From: a virus
Taxonomy: Duplodnaviria; Heunggongvirae; Uroviricota; Caudoviricetes
Direction: 5' to 3' (one strand)
IMG/VR virus record: IMGVR_UViG_2778261031_000007
Coordinates: 1-34,551 of that record
Length of the DNA: 34,551 bases
The notes under the pieces are model-generated. The model made no database searches, was not told the origin of the DNA, and saw nothing but the letters and a program-made list of their open reading frames with translations. Shown piece after piece: positions 17,857-27,074 of this stretch. The translations under genes and the position numbers were made by a program. How positions within the stretch are numbered: the first letter of the stretch is position 1; every line of letters starts with the position of its first letter.

Positions 17857-18180
17857 GTGAGCACCATTCAAACAGGGATCACAGAGCAGGTTATTGCGTG
17901 GCTCTTTGACCACCTGCCAACGGTGTATGCAGTAGGCGCGGCGGTCAGCATTTCCGCGCTGATGAGTCTTTATGACGGACGAACACTGGTTCAGACCGTA
18001 ACGGGATCGCTGGCGTGCGGCGTTCTTGCCATGGCCGTGGCCGGGTCGTTGCGCTTCTTCGGTTTTCCTGAAGATGCCGTGACGTTTATCGGCGCATCAA
18101 TCGGTTTTATGGGGGCAGAGAAAGCACGCGACAAGGTTATTGCGGCCTTTAATCGCAGGGTGAAGGAGAAAGACGAATGA
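17857..18180 (+). CDS. Holin (candidate)
   Basis: 107 aa from GTG with GGGGGGA RBS; hydrophobic helices and charged C-terminus; first gene of lysis cassette. Confidence 0.55.
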   Translation: MSTIQTGITEQVIAWLFDHLPTVYAVGAAVSISALMSLYDGRTLVQTVTGSLACGVLAMAVAGSLRFFGFPEDAVTFIGASIGFMGAEKARDKVIAAFNRRVKEKDE

Positions 18181-18569
18181 GCAACACATTTAAATTCAGC
18201 AGCCGGAGCGAAAAGAATTTGCAGGGCGTAAATCCTGATCTGGTGAAAGTGACCCGACGAGCACTGGAAATCTCGGAAGTGGATTTTGGTATCACCGAAG
18301 GGTTGCGCAGCCGTTACCGCCAGAAGCAACTTGTGGCCACAGGTAAGAGCCAGACCATGAACAGCCGCCACCTTACGGGGCATGCCGTGGATGTTGTGGC
18401 TTATGTCGGCAGCCAGGTGTCATGGGAATGGCCGCTGTACGAAAAAATCGCAGCAGCATTCAGACAGGCCAGCCGGGAACTGAATATTCCGGTGGAATGG
18501 GGCGGCGACTGGAAGACCCTGAAAGACGGACCGCATTTTCAGTTACCACACGGAGCCTATCCGGCATGA
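18177..18569 (+). CDS. Endolysin, peptidase M15-type (zinc peptidase fold)
   Basis: 130 aa; H-x6-D (HLTGHAVD) and C-terminal DGPHF motifs typical of M15 endolysins; AAGGAG RBS. Confidence 0.7.
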   Translation: MSNTFKFSSRSEKNLQGVNPDLVKVTRRALEISEVDFGITEGLRSRYRQKQLVATGKSQTMNSRHLTGHAVDVVAYVGSQVSWEWPLYEKIAAAFRQASRELNIPVEWGGDWKTLKDGPHFQLPHGAYPA

Positions 18570-18973
18570 AGCTCTGGCCCACGCTGGGCGTCGCTTTCCT
18601 TCTGATTGCCGCATGGGGAACATCCATGCGTCTGTCGTGGTCGCTGGGCCGGGAGAACGCCAGAAACGAAGCGCAGGCCAGCGCCCTGAAACGTACCGTC
18701 GACACCCTGAATATCATCAGCGCCGGGGTACAGGATATGCAGCAGGTGCTGGCGCAACTCCGCGTGGAAAATCAACAGCGAAATCAGGACGGAGAGGCCA
18801 GACGTGAACAGCTACGCAACGATATTGCAAAAGATGAATGCGCCCACGCTTTGCCTGACGCTCGTTTTACTGACAGGTTGCGCAGGCACGCAGAACGCGC
18901 CACGGCCAGCGCCGTCAGTCCGGCTTATACCGCAGACGCTGACCATACCGGTAACGCCTCCCCCCTTCCCTGA
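18566..18973 (+). CDS. i-spanin (Rz/LysB-like)
   Basis: N-terminal TM helix then coiled-coil-like Q/R-rich segment; ATGA-coupled to endolysin. Confidence 0.6.
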   Translation: MKLWPTLGVAFLLIAAWGTSMRLSWSLGRENARNEAQASALKRTVDTLNIISAGVQDMQQVLAQLRVENQQRNQDGEARREQLRNDIAKDECAHALPDARFTDRLRRHAERATASAVSPAYTADADHTGNASPLP

Positions 18974-19124
18974 CACTCCCACATGGGGAAATCTCGGTAT
19001 ATGGGGCGACCGCCTTCTGGATGCACTGGAAACCTGTAACGCGGATAAACGGGCCATTGAATTACTGGAACAGCGCAGGCTGCAACGACTGAACAACGAG
19101 GATAACAACCATGCTGAAAACTGA
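18804..19124 (+). CDS. o-spanin lipoprotein (Rz1/LysC-like), overlapping i-spanin in another frame
   Basis: Lipobox LLTGC, Pro-rich mature part; GGAGAGG RBS before GTG 18804 (alternative ATG 18834). Confidence 0.55.
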   Translation: MNSYATILQKMNAPTLCLTLVLLTGCAGTQNAPRPAPSVRLIPQTLTIPVTPPPFPDTPTWGNLGIWGDRLLDALETCNADKRAIELLEQRRLQRLNNEDNNHAEN

Positions 19125-19578
19125 TTCCCTGCGTGAAGCCATGACCCGTTCATGCCGATGGTGTCAGGCCAACCCGGAAAAATTCACCATTTTCGTGGAG
19201 AGCGGCAACATTGAAACGACAGGAGAAACCCCATCGTTTGTTTACCGCTATCAGATGGTGATGTTTGTCATGGATTACGCCGGGGGGCTGGATGACCTCA
19301 CGCTGCCGCTGCTGGCGTGGTTATCCGAAAATCAGCCACAGTTGTTGCTCAACCCTGAGCGTAATCAGGACATCAAATTCTCCGCCGTTATCAATGACGA
19401 TGACAGCGCCGACCTCCTGTTTACGCTCCCCCTGCGGGAACGCATTCGCATCACGCGCAACAGTCAGGGCACACCGCAGGCAGAACACCTGCCGGAGCCA
19501 AAACCCCGTCTGCCCTCTTCCGAAGGCGACTGGTCGCATGTATTCCAGGATGTGACGTGGGGTGAAAGCGATGGATAA
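19111..19578 (+). CDS. R: Tail completion protein R
   Basis: 155 aa, position and size as P2 gpR. Confidence 0.8.
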   Translation: MLKTDSLREAMTRSCRWCQANPEKFTIFVESGNIETTGETPSFVYRYQMVMFVMDYAGGLDDLTLPLLAWLSENQPQLLLNPERNQDIKFSAVINDDDSADLLFTLPLRERIRITRNSQGTPQAEHLPEPKPRLPSSEGDWSHVFQDVTWGESDG

Positions 19579-20206
19579 GGCATTCACCCGCGTGGATGAA
19601 ACCTTTGAGGCCATCCGCGACAGCCTGAATCAGCAGGCCATCAATAACATCGCCAGAAAGCTGGCACAGGATTTACGCCGCGCCCAGCAGGCGCGTATCC
19701 GGTCACAGAAAGCGCCGGACGGGACCGCGTGGACACCACGCAGACGCCGCGTAACCCGGATACAGGAACGCATTCGCTTTATCTGGAATAACGAAGCACG
19801 CACGCTGAAAAACTGGCATCACGACACGGGGAAATACGGGCGAACCATTACCGGGTGGGATGAGGATAAAAACAATATCCGCACGTTTTACCGGGATGAC
19901 ATCGACCGTTTTCTGGAAATACGCACCCGGCGCATCAACCAGGACAGCACAAAGCGCGTCCCCATGTTCGTAAAACTGCGCACCGCCCGCTACCTGAAAG
20001 CCCGTGCAGATGCTTCCGGTGTGACGGTGGGTTACAGCGGCGTGGCCGCACGTATTGCCCGCGTTCATCAGTTCGGTGAGCGCGATCAGGTTGCGCCGGG
20101 CATTTTCACCGATTACCCGGTACGTGAGCTGCTGGGTATCAGCCAGGCAGATGAGCGCCTGATTTATAACACGGTGCTGGGCCGGATTGCGGAGGCTGTA
20201 CGGTGA
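19571..20206 (+). CDS. S: Tail completion/virion morphogenesis protein S
   Basis: Position after R with overlapping start. Confidence 0.75.
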   Translation: MDKAFTRVDETFEAIRDSLNQQAINNIARKLAQDLRRAQQARIRSQKAPDGTAWTPRRRRVTRIQERIRFIWNNEARTLKNWHHDTGKYGRTITGWDEDKNNIRTFYRDDIDRFLEIRTRRINQDSTKRVPMFVKLRTARYLKARADASGVTVGYSGVAARIARVHQFGERDQVAPGIFTDYPVRELLGISQADERLIYNTVLGRIAEAVR

Positions 20207-20784
20207 GCGCAGAACTCATGCGACTGCTGAGCAATATCATCCGCACCGGGATCATCTCTGAAGTTGATGAGAAGTCCTGGCGCGTGCGCGTTCGCAGCGG
20301 CGAACTGGAAACAGGATGGTTGCGCTGGAACACCACGCGCGCGGGAGCTTTCAATGTGTGGCTGCCGCCATCACCCGGCGAACAGGTGGTAATTGCCTGC
20401 ATTGGCGGCAACCCGGAAACCGCCATGATAATTGGCAGCCTGTGGAGTGATGCCAATCCGGCACCCGGCAAAAGCCTGAAAGAAATCGTGGTCAGCGCGC
20501 CGGATGGCGCGGTGTTCAGCTACGACGCGGACGCAGGCGCACTGAGCGCCAGCGGCATGAAAACGGCCACTTTACAGGCATCCGTCAGCGTGACACTGGA
20601 CACGCCCGTCGTGGAATGCACAGACCTTCTGAGAACGGCGACGCTTGACGTCACAAAAGGGGGAAAGATGAGCGGCAATATCACGCACAGCGGCGGCAAT
20701 TTCACCTCAAACGGCATTACCGTGCATACGCATAAACACGGTGGCGTGAAAGGTGGCAGCGATTCGACAGGAGGCCCGCAGTGA
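20203..20784 (+). CDS. V: Baseplate spike/assembly protein V
   Basis: 193 aa; position, size and Gly-rich C-terminus as P2 gpV. Confidence 0.85.
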   Translation: MSAELMRLLSNIIRTGIISEVDEKSWRVRVRSGELETGWLRWNTTRAGAFNVWLPPSPGEQVVIACIGGNPETAMIIGSLWSDANPAPGKSLKEIVVSAPDGAVFSYDADAGALSASGMKTATLQASVSVTLDTPVVECTDLLRTATLDVTKGGKMSGNITHSGGNFTSNGITVHTHKHGGVKGGSDSTGGPQ

Positions 20785-21131
20785 CAACCCGCTACACAGG
20801 AATGAACCCGGACGGAACGGGAAACCTGAACGATATGGAGCACCTGAAACAGTCAGTCAGGGACATCCTGACCACCCCGCTGGCAAGCCGGGTTATGCGA
20901 CGGGAATATGGCAGCCTTGTGCCTGATTTGATTGACGAACCCATGAATAACACCACGCGTCTGCAATGCATGAGTGCTGCCGTGATTGCGCTGACACGAT
21001 GGGAACCCCGCATTGCCCTGGATGCCATCGACGTTGTCTGGAAAGCGGGAGGCCGCGCCGGGGTGACGCTGTCGGGCACTGTCATGCAGACCATGCAGAA
21101 TGTTGAATTAACCATCACGCTGAGGGAGTAA
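20781..21131 (+). CDS. W: Baseplate wedge protein W (gp25-like)
   Basis: 116 aa, GTG start overlapping V stop, CAGGAGG RBS. Confidence 0.85.
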   Translation: MTTRYTGMNPDGTGNLNDMEHLKQSVRDILTTPLASRVMRREYGSLVPDLIDEPMNNTTRLQCMSAAVIALTRWEPRIALDAIDVVWKAGGRAGVTLSGTVMQTMQNVELTITLRE

Positions 21132-21134
21132 ATC

Positions 21135-22031
21135 ATGCCCGCCGTTGACCTTTCACAGTTACCGGAACCCGCCATCATCGCGGAGCCTGACTTTGAGGCA
21201 ATTCTGGCTGACACAAAGGCCATGATGATTGCGTCCTATCCTGCCGAACAGCGTGAAGCCGTCTCCGCCGCGCTGGAGCTGGAATCAGAACCCCTGAACG
21301 TTATCGCTCAAACCATGTCGTTTCGTGAAATGCTGTTACGCCAGCGGGTTAACGAGGGCGCACGCGCCTGCATGTTAAGCCACGGTTCAGGGACAAACCT
21401 GGACAACCTCGCGGGCAATATGAACACAAAGCGCCTGGTTATCACTCCGGCAACGGATACCACCGACGCGGTGATGGAGAGCGACACCTCGCTGAGACTG
21501 CGGGCGCAGCGGGCGTACGACGGCCTGAGTGTTGCTGGCCCGTCAGGTGCATACGAGTATTTTGCCCGCAGCGCCAGCGGTCTGGTGCGTGATGCGCGGG
21601 CTATCAGTCCGTCTCCGGCAAATGTGACGGTTTCCATCCTGTCCACTGAAGGCGACGGCACGGCAACGGAGGCGTTGCTTAATACCGTTCGCGCCGTTCT
21701 GAATGCAGAGGATACCCGCCCGGTGGCCGACCGCCTGACCGTACAGAGCGCCAGCATCGTGACATGGCGGCTGAATGCAAAACTGTACTTTTACCCCGGT
21801 CCGGAATCCGAACCTATTCTGGCCGCGGCGGAATCGTCATTCAGGAAGTGGCTGGCTGAACAGGGGCTTATCGGTCAGGACGTGGCGTTGTCCGCCATTG
21901 CTGCCGCACTGCATGTGCACGGTGTGCAACGCGTGGAGATAATCGAACCCACACAGAATATGTCCATCAGCGACATACAGGCGGCGCGCTGTGAGTCATT
22001 CACCATCAGCGAAGGTGGGCGTAATGAGTAA
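21135..22031 (+). CDS. J: Baseplate protein J
   Basis: 298 aa, position and size as P2 gpJ. Confidence 0.85.
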   Translation: MPAVDLSQLPEPAIIAEPDFEAILADTKAMMIASYPAEQREAVSAALELESEPLNVIAQTMSFREMLLRQRVNEGARACMLSHGSGTNLDNLAGNMNTKRLVITPATDTTDAVMESDTSLRLRAQRAYDGLSVAGPSGAYEYFARSASGLVRDARAISPSPANVTVSILSTEGDGTATEALLNTVRAVLNAEDTRPVADRLTVQSASIVTWRLNAKLYFYPGPESEPILAAAESSFRKWLAEQGLIGQDVALSAIAAALHVHGVQRVEIIEPTQNMSISDIQAARCESFTISEGGRNE

Positions 22032-22554
22032 TTCACTGTTACCGCCATCAGCCAGCAATTTCATGCGTTGTGCCGAAGCTGTCGGAACGCGCATTACAGA
22101 CATCCCGGTAGACCTCAACACGCTGTGGTCGCCGGACACCTGCCCGGTGCACCTGCTGCCTTATCTCGCCTGGGCATTTTCCGTTGACCGCTGGGATCGC
22201 AACTGGCCGGAAGAGACAAAACGACAGGTGATTCGTGATGCATGGCTGATACACCGACACAAGGGAACCATCAGCGCACTGCGCCGGGCCATTGAGCCGC
22301 TGGGATACCTCATTCGTGTGTCTGAGTGGTGGGAGTTCGGCGGAGAACCGGGAACATTTACCGTTGAAGTGGGCACGCTGGACAGTGGCGTGACGGAGGA
22401 AATGTATCTGGAAATGGAGCGGTTGATTGCTGATGCCCGCCCGGTCAGCCGCCACATGACAGGGCTGAATATCATTCAGGAGATCCCTGGAGATATTTTC
22501 GCGGCGGCAGCAACTTACGACGGTGAAGTCATTACCATTTATCCGGACGATTAA
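22024..22554 (+). CDS. I: Baseplate protein I
   Basis: 176 aa from ATG 22024, overlapping J stop. Confidence 0.8.
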   Translation: MSNSLLPPSASNFMRCAEAVGTRITDIPVDLNTLWSPDTCPVHLLPYLAWAFSVDRWDRNWPEETKRQVIRDAWLIHRHKGTISALRRAIEPLGYLIRVSEWWEFGGEPGTFTVEVGTLDSGVTEEMYLEMERLIADARPVSRHMTGLNIIQEIPGDIFAAAATYDGEVITIYPDD

Positions 22555-22556
22555 GC

Positions 22557-24575
22557 ATGAGTACCACAACACGAAAATTTAAAACCGTTATCACCGATAC
22601 GGGTGCAAAAAAATTAGCGCAGGCAGCCGCGCCAGATGGTAAGCCTGTCCGCCTGACTCATATGGCCGTGGGCGACGGTGGCGGTACATTGCCCACACCT
22701 GACAGTAAGCAGACCCGTCTGGTGCATGAGGTGTGGCGACATACTGTTAATCGCGTCATCCTGGACGCAACACATCAGAACCGCATTATTGCAGAGCTGG
22801 TTATTCCTCCTGAAACGGGCGGATTCTGGATCCGGGAAATTGGTGTATTTGATGAGCACGGCGATTTAATCGCGGTGGGCAATACTGCCGAAAGTTACAA
22901 GCCAGCCGTTGCCGAAGGGTCCGGTCGTGCACAAACATTTCGCACCATTCTGACCGTATCCAGCACAGCCACCGTGGCGCTTACCGTGGATAACACCATG
23001 GTGATGGCCACAGTGGATTACGTGGATGACAAACTGAAAGAGCATGAACAGTCACGACGTCACCCGGACGCCTCGCTGACCGCAAAAGGCTTTGTTCAAC
23101 TCAGTAGCGCCACCAACAGCACGTCTGAAACGCAGGCTGCAACGCCGAAAGCAGTAAAGGCCGCGTATGACCTTGCTAACGCAAAATATACCGCTCAGGA
23201 CGCCACGACGGCACAAAAAGGGATAGTCCAGCTCAGTAGTGCCACCAACAGCACGTCTGAAACACTGGCCGCGACATCGAAAGCGGTTAAGGCGGTAATG
23301 GATGAAACGAACAAGAAAGCGCCCTTAAACAGTCCTGCGCTGACCGGAACGCCAACAACGCCAACTGCGCGACAGGGAACGAATAATACCCAAATCGCAA
23401 GCACGGCTTTCGTTATGGCTGCGATTGCCGCCCTTGTAGATTCGTCACCTGACGCACTGAATACGCTGAACGAGTTAGCGGCGGCGCTGGGAAACGACCC
23501 GAATTTTGCGACCACCATGACTAACGCGCTTGCGGGTAAGCAACCGAAAGATGCCACCCTGACGGCGCTGGCCGGGCTTGCTACTGCGGCAGACAGGTTT
23601 CCGTATTTTACGGGGAATGATGTCGCCAGCCTGGCAACCCTGACAAAAGTCGGGCGGGATATTCTTGCGAAATCGACCGTTGCTGCCGTTATCGAATACC
23701 TCGGTTTACAGGAAACGGTAAACAGGGCTGGTAACGCCGTGCAAAAAAATGGCGATACCTTGTCCGGTGGGCTTACTTTTGAAAATGACTCAATCCTTGC
23801 CTGGATTCGAAATACTGACTGGGCGAAGATTGGATTTAAAAATGATGCTGATGGTGACACTGATTCATACATGTGGTTTGAAACAGGCGACAACGGCAAT
23901 GAATATTTCAAATGGAGAAGCCGCCAGAGCACCACAACAAAAGACCTGATGACGCTGAAATGGGATGCACTAAATATTCTGGTAAATGCCGTCATTAATG
24001 GCAGTCTTGGAGTTGGTACGACGAATGCGTTAGGTGGTAGCTCTATTGTTCTTGGTGATAATGACACCGGATTCAAACAGAATGGTGATGGTATTCTGGA
24101 TGTTTACGCTAATAGTCAGCGAGTATTCCGCTTTCAGAATGGAGTTGCTATTGCTTTTAAAAACATTCAGGCAGGTGATAGTAAAAAGTTCTCGTTATCC
24201 AGCTCCAACACCTCCACAAAGAATGCAACGTTTAATTTATGGGGTGTTTCAACCCGTCCAGTAGTTGCAGAGTTAGGCGATGAGGCAGGATGGCATTTCT
24301 ATAGCCAGCGAAATACAGATAACTCGGTAATATTTTCTGTTAACGGTCAGATACAGCCCAGCAACTGGGGGAATTTTGATTCACGCTATGTAAAAGATGT
24401 TCGCCTGGGTACGCGTGTTGTTCAATTGATGGCGCGTGGTGGTCGTTATGAAAAAGCCGGACACGCAATTACCGGATTAAGAATCATTGGTGAAGTAGAT
24501 GGCGATGATGAAGCCATCTTCAGACCAATACAAAAATACATCAATGGCACATGGTATAACGTCGCACAGGTGTAA
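22557..24575 (+). CDS. H: Tail fibre protein H (constant N-terminus, invertible C-terminal domain, current orientation)
   Basis: 672 aa; SSATNSTSET..A-T-(P/S)KAVKA fibre repeats; crossover site at 23689-23714 lies in frame inside the gene. Confidence 0.9.
   Translation: MSTTTRKFKTVITDTGAKKLAQAAAPDGKPVRLTHMAVGDGGGTLPTPDSKQTRLVHEVWRHTVNRVILDATHQNRIIAELVIPPETGGFWIREIGVFDEHGDLIAVGNTAESYKPAVAEGSGRAQTFRTILTVSSTATVALTVDNTMVMATVDYVDDKLKEHEQSRRHPDASLTAKGFVQLSSATNSTSETQAATPKAVKAAYDLANAKYTAQDATTAQKGIVQLSSATNSTSETLAATSKAVKAVMDETNKKAPLNSPALTGTPTTPTARQGTNNTQIASTAFVMAAIAALVDSSPDALNTLNELAAALGNDPNFATTMTNALAGKQPKDATLTALAGLATAADRFPYFTGNDVASLATLTKVGRDILAKSTVAAVIEYLGLQETVNRAGNAVQKNGDTLSGGLTFENDSILAWIRNTDWAKIGFKNDADGDTDSYMWFETGDNGNEYFKWRSRQSTTTKDLMTLKWDALNILVNAVINGSLGVGTTNALGGSSIVLGDNDTGFKQNGDGILDVYANSQRVFRFQNGVAIAFKNIQAGDSKKFSLSSSNTSTKNATFNLWGVSTRPVVAELGDEAGWHFYSQRNTDNSVIFSVNGQIQPSNWGNFDSRYVKDVRLGTRVVQLMARGGRYEKAGHAITGLRIIGEVDGDDEAIFRPIQKYINGTWYNVAQV
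23689..23714. repeat. gix/hix-like 26-bp invertase crossover site (left)
   Basis: TTATCGAATACCTCGGTTTACAGGAA; imperfect dyad; inverted copy at 26367-26392. Confidence 0.8.
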
Positions 24576-24578
24576 ATT

Positions 24579-25106
24579 ATGCAGCATTTAAAAAATATTA
24601 AGTCCGGAAATCCAAAAACAAAAGAACAATATCAGCTAACAAAGAATTTTGATGTTATCTGGTTATGGTCCGAAGACGGTAAAAACTGGTATGAGGAAGT
24701 AAATAACTTTCAGGACGACACCATAAAGATTGTATACGACGAAAATAATATTATTGTTGCCATAACCAAAGATGCCTCAACGCTTAATCCCGAAGGCTTT
24801 AGTGTCGTTGAGATTCCAGATATAACAGCCAATCGTCGTGCCGATGATTCAGGGAAGTGGATGTTTAAGGACGGAACTGTGGTTAAGCGGATTTATACAG
24901 CAGACGAACAGCAACAACAGGCCGAATCACAAAAGGTCGCGTTGCTTTCTGAAGCTGAAAGCGTTATTCAGCCACTGGAACGCGCTGTCAGGCTGAATAT
25001 GGCGACGGATGAGGAACGCACACGACTGGAGTCATGGGAACGCTACAGCGTTCTGGTCAGCCGTGTGGATACAGCAAATCCCGAATGGCCACAAAAGCCT
25101 GAGTAA
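24579..25106 (+). CDS. G: Tail fibre assembly chaperone G
   Basis: 175 aa, immediately after H. Confidence 0.85.
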   Translation: MQHLKNIKSGNPKTKEQYQLTKNFDVIWLWSEDGKNWYEEVNNFQDDTIKIVYDENNIIVAITKDASTLNPEGFSVVEIPDITANRRADDSGKWMFKDGTVVKRIYTADEQQQQAESQKVALLSEAESVIQPLERAVRLNMATDEERTRLESWERYSVLVSRVDTANPEWPQKPE

Positions 25107-25111
25107 AAATT

Positions 25112-25131
25112 AAGGCCCAATATCGGGCCTT
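25112..25131. terminator. Hairpin between convergent G and G' (AGGCCC-AATATC-GGGCCT)
   Basis: 6-bp GC stem between the two stop codons. Confidence 0.45.
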
Positions 25132-25134
25132 CTC

Positions 25135-25668
25135 TCATTCTGGTTGTTCGGGAAACGTTACTGGCAGGCTGGAGGTGTCTGTAGATTCGACTTTCTGCGC
25201 ATAGAGCATCCACTCGGTTAATTTTTGTTTATTCTCGTCGGAAATGATGCCCAGCCGTAGCTGTGAGTCCCATAGCTGGGTTTTATCCCTGACAAGTTGC
25301 AACAGGCTTTGCTTTTCATTTTCCGCTTGTTGCCTCTGCTCTTCCTCGGTATAAGTTCGCTTTATCACTACGCCATCTTTGAACAACCATTTCCCCGAAA
25401 TATCAGCCCGGCGATTTGCTGTAATATCAGGTAATTCAACGACGCTTGCGCCTTCCGGATTAATTGCTGAAACATCCTTTTCAATACAAATAATAACGCC
25501 GTTATGGTCATAGACCATTTTCAAAGTGTCTGGCTGGAAATTCTTTTGTTCCTCATACCAGTTTTTTCCATCATCTGAATAAAGCCATTTGATGTTAAAT
25601 TGCTTTGTTAGCTGGTATTGCTCTTTTGTTTTAGGGTTGCCAGCAGTAATGTTTTTTAAGTGCATCAT
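25135..25668 (-). CDS. Alternative tail fibre assembly chaperone G'
   Basis: 177 aa, paralogous to G ([22 protein letters not shown] versus [22 protein letters not shown]), inverted. Confidence 0.85.
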   Translation of the reverse strand: MMHLKNITAGNPKTKEQYQLTKQFNIKWLYSDDGKNWYEEQKNFQPDTLKMVYDHNGVIICIEKDVSAINPEGASVVELPDITANRRADISGKWLFKDGVVIKRTYTEEEQRQQAENEKQSLLQLVRDKTQLWDSQLRLGIISDENKQKLTEWMLYAQKVESTDTSSLPVTFPEQPE

Positions 25669-25670
25669 CG

Positions 25671-26381
25671 TTAAATACTCCCCGCGTTATACCACGTCCC
25701 ATTAATGCAATACTGAATTGGCCTTGCCTGTGTTGTATCAATTAATTCATCACGGTTTCCGTTAACTGAACCCGTAACGACATAACCTGACCTGTCAGAC
25801 CAGCCGGGACCATTCCATGTCTGAACAGATGACAGACCGCCAAGGCGAATACCTGTAATAAACCTTGAGTTACATTCTGCCCGCGTATATGCACCAACAT
25901 CTCCCGCTGAAGGTTTTCGTGTCGTGGTATAGAAATCTGACCAACCTAATTCAAACCCATAACCATCACGAGCCGACCTGTAGGAAATGCCACCATTTTT
26001 ATAATTCACACGGAATTGTACGGCAGGACAGCTACCAGCATTTATATTAAAGTGAAGAATTAATGCAGATGCACCACCAATCAGGGCGTTATATGCACCA
26101 CTATCCCAATTCCATCCAACGGATGTATCACCATTAACAGTATTACCTGTTTGTCGGAGTGCAAATGCATTGACATTTTTGGCACTAATTGAAATATCGC
26201 TAGAACCATCAAAACCAACTCCAGCAATTTTTCGTGCTGTTTTCAGCTTTGTTGCAGTAGCGGCATTGCCGGACAGTTCCCCAGAAAGGCCACCGCTGAA
26301 TGTTTGTCGATTGGTCCAGGTATTCGCTGTACTGAGTAACGGTATTTTCTCCCCGCTTGTGCCGAGTTCTCGTAAACCGAG
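25671..26381 (-). CDS. Silent alternative tail-fibre C-terminal cassette H'v (no own start; in frame with the crossover site)
   Basis: Hand translation from the crossover codon at 26381 is open for 236 codons to stop at 25671-25673; the track shows only the internal GTG-initiated part 25671-26009. Confidence 0.75.
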   Translation of the reverse strand, partial: LGLRELGTSGEKIPLLSTANTWTNRQTFSGGLSGELSGNAATATKLKTARKIAGVGFDGSSDISISAKNVNAFALRQTGNTVNGDTSVGWNWDSGAYNALIGGASALILHFNINAGSCPAVQFRVNYKNGGISYRSARDGYGFELGWSDFYTTTRKPSAGDVGAYTRAECNSRFITGIRLGGLSSVQTWNGPGWSDRSGYVVTGSVNGNRDELIDTTQARPIQYCINGTWYNAGSI

Positions 26382-26392
26382 GTTTTAAATAA
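26367..26392. repeat. gix/hix-like 26-bp invertase crossover site (right, inverted)
   Basis: TTCTCGTAAACCGAGGTTTTAAATAA; reverse complement matches the left site at 21 of 26 positions including the core ACCTCGGTTTAC. Confidence 0.8.
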
Positions 26393-26446
26393 TGGCCGTT
26401 TCTGGCCTGCATGGCATGATTTGCGCTTTTGGACGGGAGATTCAGT

Positions 26447-27046
26447 GTGCTGATTGGCTATGTAAGGGTATCAACAAATGACCAGAATACAGACCTGCAA
26501 CGAAACGCTCTTGTTTGTGCAGGATGTGAACAAATATTTGAAGATAAATTAAGCGGGACAAAGACAGACCGACCGGGATTAAAACGCGCTTTAAAGCGCC
26601 TTCAAAAAGGTGACACGCTGGTTGTCTGGAAACTGGATCGCCTCGGGCGAAGCATGAAACATCTGATTTCTCTCGTCGGGGAACTACGGGAGCGAGGGAT
26701 TAATTTTCGCAGTCTGACCGACAGCATAGACACATCTTCTCCAATGGGGCGTTTTTTCTTCCACGTGATGGGTGCCCTGGCTGAAATGGAACGTGAATTA
26801 ATTGTTGAACGTACACTGGCCGGGCTGGCGGCAGCGCGCGCAAGGGGGCGCACAGGCGGACGTCGACCGAAGCTGACAAAAGAACAGCATGAGCAAATAG
26901 CAAGGCTAATCAAAAACGGGCACGACAGAAAACAACTGGCAATAATTTACGGCATTGGCACATCGACGATTTATCGTTATCACCCTGTAGGCGATATACA
27001 GACTGAAGAAACAACCGGGCAGACTCAGGAAAATGAAAACCGCTAA
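26447..27046 (+). CDS. Serine DNA invertase (Gin/Pin/Cin/Hin family)
   Basis: From GTG 26447 (GGGAGA RBS): LIGYVRVSTNDQNTDLQRNAL N-terminus and GRSMKHLISLVGELRERGINFRSLTDSIDTSSPMGRFFFHVMGALAEMEREL core near-identical to recalled Gin/Pin. Confidence 0.9.
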   Translation: MLIGYVRVSTNDQNTDLQRNALVCAGCEQIFEDKLSGTKTDRPGLKRALKRLQKGDTLVVWKLDRLGRSMKHLISLVGELRERGINFRSLTDSIDTSSPMGRFFFHVMGALAEMERELIVERTLAGLAAARARGRTGGRRPKLTKEQHEQIARLIKNGHDRKQLAIIYGIGTSTIYRYHPVGDIQTEETTGQTQENENR

Positions 27047-27066
27047 TCTGACCATTAGCGGTTTTT
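27036..27066. terminator. Bidirectional terminator shared by invertase and the U-T operon
   Basis: AAAACCGCTAAT-CTGACC-ATTAGCGGTTTT, 12-bp stem flanked by A and T runs. Confidence 0.65.
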
Positions 27067-27074
27067 GTGTAAAA

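Larger units (their letters stand above)
23702..26380. other. Invertible tail-fibre host-range segment (about 2.7 kb)
   Basis: Bounded by inverted 26-bp sites; contains H C-terminal domain and G on plus strand, G' and H' C-terminal domain on minus strand; invertase gene adjacent. Confidence 0.75.

Noticed and set aside
23195-24076. 293-aa ORF on the minus strand
   Set aside because: Antisense to tail fibre H; Ser/Ala/Val-rich low-complexity translation; no independent signals.
26209-26412. 67-aa minus-strand ORF overlapping the right crossover site
   Set aside because: Out of frame with the H' cassette, which is open and homologous to tail fibre in the other frame; likely spurious.
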